A stretch of 10,766 bases of DNA, taken from Pseudomonadota bacterium. Lineage in GTDB: Bacteria > Bdellovibrionota_B > Oligoflexia > Oligoflexales > RGVZ01. Made by a program: the position numbers and the translations under genes. Location: the NCBI GenBank assembly GCA_041178085.1, contig JBEGVZ010000010.1, forward strand, positions 1 through 10,766, read 5' to 3'. Below are positions 5,462 to 10,766 of this stretch, in pieces (positions within the stretch are counted from its first letter, which is position 1; each line of letters opens with the position of its first letter). Below the pieces are notes generated by a model. The model was given only the letters and a program-made list of their open reading frames with translations, made no database searches and had not been told where the DNA came from.

Positions 5462-8014
5462 ATGGCAGAGGGCGCGGTGAACTTTGTTGGCCTGACTGAT
5501 GCCGAAGCGGCCCGCCGGCTTGAGCTCCATGGTGCCAACATCATCGACTCCGCCAGGCCGCGCAGTTCTCTGGCCATGGCTCTGGGCACGATTCGTGAGC
5601 CAATGTTTCTTTTGTTGCTGGCTTGCGCACTGCTTTACGTGATCCTGGGTGACCCGGGTGAGGCGGCGATTCTTTCGGCGGCCATGGCGGTCGTGATTGG
5701 CATCACCATCATCCAGGAGCAGCGCACTGAGCGCACGCTCGAGGCGCTGCGGGATCTTTCCAGCCCACGTGCCCTGGTCATCCGCGATGGCGTAAGAAAA
5801 CGGATCGCCGGCAAGGATGTGGTCCCTGGGGATCTTGTCGTCCTTAACGAAGGGGACCGCGTGCCGGCAGATGGATTTGTGGTCAAGTCGGGGTCTTTGA
5901 AGATTGACGAATCCCTTCTGACCGGGGAATCCGTCGCGGTGGCCAAAATAGTCTGGAACGGCCGTGATCCCTTGGGGCAAGCGGGCGGCGATGAAACGCC
6001 GTTTGCCTATTCAGGCAGCCTGGTTGTTCAGGGCGATGGTCACGTCTTGGTACAGGCCACTGGAGCGGCAACAGCGATCGGTCGCATCGGATCGTCAATC
6101 AAAGAAACTTCCAGTCCACCTTCCAGTTTGCAAGTCGACATGCGTCGCGTGGTCAAACTAGTGGCCGGGAGCAGTCTGATGGCAAGCCTTGCCGTAGCAC
6201 TCATCTTCTGGCTTCGCGACGGGCAGCCGCTGCGTGGAATCCTGATGGGATTGACGTTTGCCATGAGCACTATTCCGGAGGAGTTCCCGGTGATTTTGTC
6301 GGTCTTCATGGCGCTGGGCGCATGGAGACTCTCAAAGAGCCGTGTGCTGACCAGGCAGATGACTGCGATTGAGACGCTCGGTTCTGCGACGGCATTGTGT
6401 GTCGACAAGACAGGCACACTGACGGAAAACAAAATGTCTTTGGTGTCTTTGTGGGTACGAGGGTCTGGCCTTGTAGAACTTGTGAAGGGCGATCATGCAG
6501 GTCTGCAAGAAGATCACAGGGCCGTGCTTTCGGCTTTGGCAAGCGCCAGTGATCCTCATGGCTTCGATCCGATGGATGCAGCAGCAATCGCAGCACGATC
6601 TCGTTTACTCCCCGCAATCGATGATTCCGCATGGGAGTTGGTCAGATCGTATCCGTTGCAACGCCCGCTTTTGGCTGTGGGTTACGCCTGGCGTCCATTT
6701 GCCTACGCGGGCAAACCTCTGGCCGATGGCAAATATTTACTGGCCTGCAAGGGTGCCCCGGAGTCGGTTCTGGGCCTTTGCCAGATGTCGCCCGCGGAAC
6801 ACGACGGCGTGATGGAGCATGTTCGCGAACTTGCCGCCCGCGGCGAGCGTGTGCTTGCAGTCGCCAATCTTCGCGATGGCGGAGTCATGCCAGCAAGTCT
6901 TGGCGAGGGCGTATTCGACTTTATTGGTCTGGCTGGTTTTAAGGATCCGGTGAAACAGGGCGTCCCGGAAGCTGTTCATCAATGTGATCATGCCGGCATT
7001 AAAGTTTTGATGATCACGGGAGATTATCCGGTCACCGCCCTGGCTGTTGCGGAAGAGGCCGGGATCGATACCGGTGGCGGCGTGCTGACGGGAAATCAGG
7101 TGGCATCTTTGACGGATGCGGAGCTGTCTGCGCGTCTGAAATCGGTCAGGGTCCTTGCCAGGATGGTGCCTGAGCAAAAGCTCAGAGTCGTCCGTTCACT
7201 TCAAGAAAGCTGCGAAGTCGTCGCCATGACGGGTGACGGAGTCAATGATGCTCCTGCCTTAAAGGCGGCGCACATCGGTATTGCGATGGGCGGGCGCGGA
7301 ACTGACGTTGCGCGCGAGGCTGCCGACCTGGTGCTGGTGGATGACAATTTCACGTCCATTGTTGCTGCCATCAAGCAGGGTCGTCGCATCTATGACAACA
7401 TCCAGAAGGCGGTTAGCTATATCATTGCAATCCACGTTCCCGTCGTGGGTTTGGCGATGTTGCCCGTGATTCTTGGCGTGCCGACGCTCTTGTGGCCAGT
7501 GCACCTGGCGTTTCTGGAACTGGTCATCGATCCGGTATGTTCGATTGTGTTTGAGGCAGAACCAGAAGAGGCCACCATCATGGCCCGTCCCCCCCGGCCA
7601 ATCGGGGTCCGGTTGTTCAACAAGGCGGTCGTCGGAACGGGAGCGATCCAGGGTTTGATGGCTCTGACGGCTGTGCTGCTGGTTTATTTCACCATCGGGC
7701 GTGCAGGTGGAGAGCCAGACCATGCGCGTGCCGTGGCATTCGCTTCGCTCCTGTTTCTCAACGTTGCCCTGATTTCATCGTTGCGTAGCCGCTCCGGCAG
7801 GATCTGGGATACGTTCCTGCGTCCAAATCCAGCTTTGTATTGGGTGCTGGGAGTGGTTGCCGTGGTCGCAGCGATCGTCTTTTTTGTTCCGCCCGCAGCC
7901 CGCGCCTTCCACTTTAGCGCCCCGCATATAAACGACCTGGTGGTCACGGCCGGGATCAGCGCACTGGTCCTGGTCGCGTTCGAAGGCGTCAAAGCAGCAT
8001 TTTCACGGGTCTGA
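5462..8014 (+). CDS. Cation-translocating P-type ATPase, P2A-like (850 aa)
   Basis: GLTDAEAARRL..HGAN, DESLLTGES, IPEEFP (PEEFP at 6275-6289), phosphorylation motif DKTGT (6404-6418), KGAPE, DP, MITGD, TGDGVNDAPALK and C-terminal TM helices. ATG 5462 lies 2 nt after the selO stop. The ORF-track start at 5372 would overlap selO. Confidence 0.95.
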   Translation: MAEGAVNFVGLTDAEAARRLELHGANIIDSARPRSSLAMALGTIREPMFLLLLACALLYVILGDPGEAAILSAAMAVVIGITIIQEQRTERTLEALRDLSSPRALVIRDGVRKRIAGKDVVPGDLVVLNEGDRVPADGFVVKSGSLKIDESLLTGESVAVAKIVWNGRDPLGQAGGDETPFAYSGSLVVQGDGHVLVQATGAATAIGRIGSSIKETSSPPSSLQVDMRRVVKLVAGSSLMASLAVALIFWLRDGQPLRGILMGLTFAMSTIPEEFPVILSVFMALGAWRLSKSRVLTRQMTAIETLGSATALCVDKTGTLTENKMSLVSLWVRGSGLVELVKGDHAGLQEDHRAVLSALASASDPHGFDPMDAAAIAARSRLLPAIDDSAWELVRSYPLQRPLLAVGYAWRPFAYAGKPLADGKYLLACKGAPESVLGLCQMSPAEHDGVMEHVRELAARGERVLAVANLRDGGVMPASLGEGVFDFIGLAGFKDPVKQGVPEAVHQCDHAGIKVLMITGDYPVTALAVAEEAGIDTGGGVLTGNQVASLTDAELSARLKSVRVLARMVPEQKLRVVRSLQESCEVVAMTGDGVNDAPALKAAHIGIAMGGRGTDVAREAADLVLVDDNFTSIVAAIKQGRRIYDNIQKAVSYIIAIHVPVVGLAMLPVILGVPTLLWPVHLAFLELVIDPVCSIVFEAEPEEATIMARPPRPIGVRLFNKAVVGTGAIQGLMALTAVLLVYFTIGRAGGEPDHARAVAFASLLFLNVALISSLRSRSGRIWDTFLRPNPALYWVLGVVAVVAAIVFFVPPAARAFHFSAPHINDLVVTAGISALVLVAFEGVKAAFSRV

Positions 8015-8377
8015 TCAGGCGAAGTGCAGCCCGCATTCCGGGCATTCCGCCTTTGCTGTGGCGAACTGCGTTCCGCATGCCGGGCAGGTTGCTTCCGGCT
8101 GCGTGGGGTCGAATACCTTGTCGAGCAGGTTCAAGTCCGCTCCCATGCTTTCCAGTTCCTTGATCCGGTCTTTCTCGATCAAGTCACGAATCGCGTGGGC
8201 GTCCTCAGGGTGTGCCCACACTTCCATGCTCGGGCTGCAACCGGTCGTGCAAGTGGAATGGTTGGTCATGCAGGCAATGTCGATCCCGGATCTGGCCAAT
8301 TTACCGCGGAGTATTTCAGCAGCTCGCGCTGGTAAAATTCCCAACAGAACCTTCGATGTTTCCTGGTTGTCAGACAT
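8015..8377 (-). CDS. Small Cys-rich protein with C-terminal zinc ribbon (N-terminus DUF2007-like)
   Basis: C-terminal CPACG...CPECG. The N-terminus (AEILRGKLARSGI...EVWAHPEDAHAIRDLI) resembles the DUF2007-type pattern. SD AAGGA lies upstream of the ATG. Confidence 0.8.
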   Translation of the reverse strand: MSDNQETSKVLLGILPARAAEILRGKLARSGIDIACMTNHSTCTTGCSPSMEVWAHPEDAHAIRDLIEKDRIKELESMGADLNLLDKVFDPTQPEATCPACGTQFATAKAECPECGLHFA

Positions 8378-8404
8378 CTTGAATTCCTTTTTCCGAAAAA
8401 AAGA

Positions 8405-9103
8405 TCATGCCCTGAAAATTGCCAGGCTTTCCTCAAGAATTACAGTCCCCGGCCGGTTGACCGCGAAGAGTTCCGAAGCGACATGGTTAAAATTGTGACG
8501 GGCCAGCAGGGTTTTCAGTTGGTCGATTGTGATTTCAAAAGGTGGTCCTGCGCCGACGGGATGGTCGGGTGTGACAGCTGTTTTCGTAAATGGCAAGGTC
8601 AGGAAAACGCCGCCGGGACGAAGTCGATCGCGACAGGCGTCCAGATATGCTGCCCGCAACTCTGGTCGCAGGGCGCACAGCATCGCACGGTCAAAGACGA
8701 TGTCGTATTTACCGCGCTCTGCAGGCGGCACTGGGGCTCTTGCATCTTCCACCCGCAGGGTCAACCCCCGGGACTGCAACGCGCCATAAACTTCTTTCGC
8801 AGCAGCGATCGCCTCGGGGGCAAAGTCTGTCGCCGTTACGTGAATTCCATTTGCGCACAGGCCTTCTGGGATCTTTACGGTCTTCGCGACCATGGCAGCG
8901 CCGTCGTGCGCGCGGCCGCAACCAGGAGAATAAACTTCAAGGGGGCGCCCAGGAACCATCAGTTCCCGCAGCACCCCCGATTCATCAAGCATTCTCAGCA
9001 GACGGGCAAGACCCTCGTGGGGGCCGCCCAAGTCCCAGCCAGTCTGCTGGTTTTGCCAGCGACCGCTCCAGTAGGAGCGGTCCTGGTTGACGGCGTCGTT
9101 CAC
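8405..9103 (-). CDS. Thiopurine S-methyltransferase (TPMT)-family class I SAM-dependent methyltransferase
   Basis: YWSGRWQNQQTGWDLG, motif I YSPGCGRAHD, TDFAPEAI, YDIVFDRAMLCALRPELRAAY, LRPGG and GPPF. The GTG start overlaps the upstream TGA (GTGA). Confidence 0.9.
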   Translation of the reverse strand: MNDAVNQDRSYWSGRWQNQQTGWDLGGPHEGLARLLRMLDESGVLRELMVPGRPLEVYSPGCGRAHDGAAMVAKTVKIPEGLCANGIHVTATDFAPEAIAAAKEVYGALQSRGLTLRVEDARAPVPPAERGKYDIVFDRAMLCALRPELRAAYLDACRDRLRPGGVFLTLPFTKTAVTPDHPVGAGPPFEITIDQLKTLLARHNFNHVASELFAVNRPGTVILEESLAIFRA

Positions 9104-10014
9104 GGCAGGTCGTCGCCCACCGTTTCGACGATTTTCGAAGCCGGCACTGCGTAGGTCAGCTCTTGCCAGACTTCTTCGGACGCATCAGCGAAGATCCGGT
9201 CAAGGAAACTCTGGTCGCGGACAACCTTGTTCTTTGGAATCTTGCCAGTGGACAGGATGCCGACGACAGCGCCCGTCTTGCGGTCAACCAGCGCGGACCC
9301 TGAATCGCCGTGGGAAACGTCGCATCCAGTGGCGAACATCCACGTTTTGTAGGGGCCTGGGTTGAACTGGTCGGGGTCAGCCATGTAACGAACTTCACCG
9401 TCTGGCGAGAATGTCTTGCATTCCGCGTCCTGGCCGCTCATCAAGTTGCGCTGGCCATCATTGCCGGCAACGCCGTAGCCGATGGTCAAAAGTTCCATTC
9501 CCTTGCGGGTTTCGTTGTCGTCAAACGACTTCGCTACTTTGCGAAGCTCCGCCTGCTGGGCAGCCGTCACGCCTTTTAGGGTGAAGATGGTCAAGTCAAG
9601 GTCGGTATTTGTGTTCACGACCTGATCGCAGCGCAGGTCACGGATGTCGAGCATCTCGAAAGAGATCTTTGCACCGTCGCAGGTCGACTGGTCTTCAATC
9701 ACGTGATGGTTGGTGGCCATGATGGTTTCGCCGTTTTTCTCGCCGATGACAAAGGCCGTGGCTCCACCAAAACCAAGCCGCACCCGGGCAGTTGCTTTCG
9801 CAGCGCGCTGGAAAGCCGGGGTTTCTTTTGCCAGGGATTCCCTGGTCACGACTGTTTTTCCCCAGTTGGGACCAATCTGGTAATCGAGCACGCCGGCCAT
9901 TCCGGACATGATTTCCGAGGGAATCTGGCGAATGGAACGCGATTCACGGAACTCGCCGCCACATGCGGCGACAAACGGCAGGGCGATCAATGCGAAGACC
10001 ATCTTTTTTGTCAT
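9100..10014 (-). CDS. Trypsin-like (S1) serine protease, predicted lipoprotein
   Basis: Signal/lipobox MTKKMVFALIALPFVAA|C. Catalytic triad motifs ATNHHV (His), DLDLTIF (Asp) and CDVSHGDSGSAL (Ser). SD GAGGG lies upstream of the ATG. Confidence 0.92.
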   Translation of the reverse strand: MTKKMVFALIALPFVAACGGEFRESRSIRQIPSEIMSGMAGVLDYQIGPNWGKTVVTRESLAKETPAFQRAAKATARVRLGFGGATAFVIGEKNGETIMATNHHVIEDQSTCDGAKISFEMLDIRDLRCDQVVNTNTDLDLTIFTLKGVTAAQQAELRKVAKSFDDNETRKGMELLTIGYGVAGNDGQRNLMSGQDAECKTFSPDGEVRYMADPDQFNPGPYKTWMFATGCDVSHGDSGSALVDRKTGAVVGILSTGKIPKNKVVRDQSFLDRIFADASEEVWQELTYAVPASKIVETVGDDLP

Positions 10015-10082
10015 CGGGTAACCCTCACTTCTGGTTCGATTCTACGATTTATGTTTGTAATTCATGGGTTGGCGTCTTTTCA

Positions 10083-10106
10083 ATTAAAATTGTGTTCGAT
10101 TTTAAT
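10083..10106. promoter_or_regulatory. AT-rich inverted repeat in the divergent spacer (candidate TF site)
   Basis: ATTAAAAT (10083-10090)-N8-ATTTTAAT (10099-10106), with perfect 8-bp arms. Confidence 0.4.
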
Positions 10107-10181
10107 GATCTATGGGGGCAGCGAGGTCACGGTAGCGCTAAGGGGCCGAATGTTAAGCAGAAATTCCAGTCAATTTTTCCG

Positions 10182-10208
10182 TAAACTTTTACCTGAAAAG
10201 TCCGATGT
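10182..10208 (+). promoter_or_regulatory. Putative sigma28 (FliA) promoter
   Basis: TAAA (10182-10185)-N15-TCCGATGT (10201-10208) compared with the consensus TAAA-N15-GCCGATAA. The spacing is exact and the CCGAT core is intact. It ends 58 nt before ATG 10267. Confidence 0.6.
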
Positions 10209-10266
10209 ACCCCCGATTTGCGGAAATTCGATGGCGAGGTGCCATCGGCGCACAGGAGGGTCCGTT

Positions 10267-10766
10267 ATGTCTTCAACCCCGGCGAGTATTATCTGGCGTT
10301 CCAGTGGGCTAGTAGTTGCTGGCATCGCAGTTTTGGTGTTGTCGGCGTCCTGCAAGCCGCTGACGCGCGGTTCCGACTCAAAGAGCCTCAACAATTTCGC
10401 TGCCACCGGTGGTGCATTCAGTTTCAACAGCTGTTCAGGCAGCAATCCTGTTCAGGTGACCGATTCGCAGATCGATGGCACCGCAGCGGAACGCATTGCG
10501 GTGCGCACGGCGCTTTCTTCGTTGCCTCCTGAACTTCAATCCGCATTTTTCAAGGATCTGGGCGGCAAGGTCGTGATGACTCCTAGCTTGTCTGGCATGT
10601 GCAAGGCTTCCTCTGCAGACGACAAGGAGAGCATGTTGAGCTGCTGGGCGCCATCCGGAAACAGCGTGAGGATCTTCATCAAACGCGAGGCCGACGAAGC
10701 GTCCACGCTACGCAATATCCGCCACGCGACCGTCAGGGCGATGGGTTTCATCCTGACGGACGTTAT
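10267..10766 (+). CDS. Uncharacterised lipoprotein, 3' truncated (not in the ORF track)
   Basis: SD AGGAGG (10254-10259), ATG 10267, and an open frame to the window end: MSSTPASIIWRSSGLVVAGIAVLVLSAS|CKPLTRGSDSKSLNNFA...ALSSLPPELQSAFFKDLGGKVVM...CWAPSGNSVRIFI...IRHATVRAMGFILTDV. The lipobox is LSASC. Confidence 0.85.
   Translation, partial: MSSTPASIIWRSSGLVVAGIAVLVLSASCKPLTRGSDSKSLNNFAATGGAFSFNSCSGSNPVQVTDSQIDGTAAERIAVRTALSSLPPELQSAFFKDLGGKVVMTPSLSGMCKASSADDKESMLSCWAPSGNSVRIFIKREADEASTLRNIRHATVRAMGFILTDV

Noticed and set aside
5457..5480. Selenocysteine read-through of the selO TGA
   Set aside because: The Sec-equivalent position is already Cys (SCSS). Read-through would add only a few residues before another TGA, and the downstream stem is weak and G-U rich, not a convincing SECIS.
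8483..9154. Long plus-strand ORFs opposite the methyltransferase, and similar antisense ORFs across selO, the ATPase and WYL
   Set aside because: These are shadow frames of well-supported genes in GC-rich DNA, with no motifs of their own.
10033..10042. GGTTCGATTC resembling a tRNA T-loop or att remnant
   Set aside because: The flanks do not form a full T-stem, and there is no acceptor stem, CCA or cloverleaf.
10170..10751. ORF-track calls 10170-10445(-), 10218-10532(+) and 10536-10751(-)
   Set aside because: They are superseded by the frame starting at 10267, which has AGGAGG, a lipobox and no stop to the window end.

Overview
This is bacterial DNA. Several proteins (a 2-TM HAMP-only protein, an XRE protein with an 'FDG..L.IKR' tail, and several Sec/SPII lipoproteins) resemble those of Bdellovibrionota/Oligoflexia, which is an inference and not a database result. 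From left to right, the window holds: the 3' end of a HAMP membrane protein with a clean intrinsic terminator; a ~280 bp hairpin-rich spacer; an XRE-family regulator (+) convergent with an HTH-WYL-WCX regulator (-); a divergent ~479 aa orphan lipoprotein; selO/ydiU coupled to a P2-like P-type ATPase; a convergent minus-strand operon (trypsin-like lipoprotein protease, TPMT-family methyltransferase, zinc-ribbon protein); and a truncated divergent lipoprotein absent from the ORF track, preceded by a sigma28-like promoter. I found no tRNA, rRNA, CRISPR array, integrase or transposase. The best candidate for an undescribed system is the XRE+WYL pair: both genes carry the same 10-mer at nearly the same distance upstream, the WYL ligand motif is non-canonical, and the divergent lipoprotein has an inverted-repeat operator candidate. 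This is a hypothesis from sequence only.
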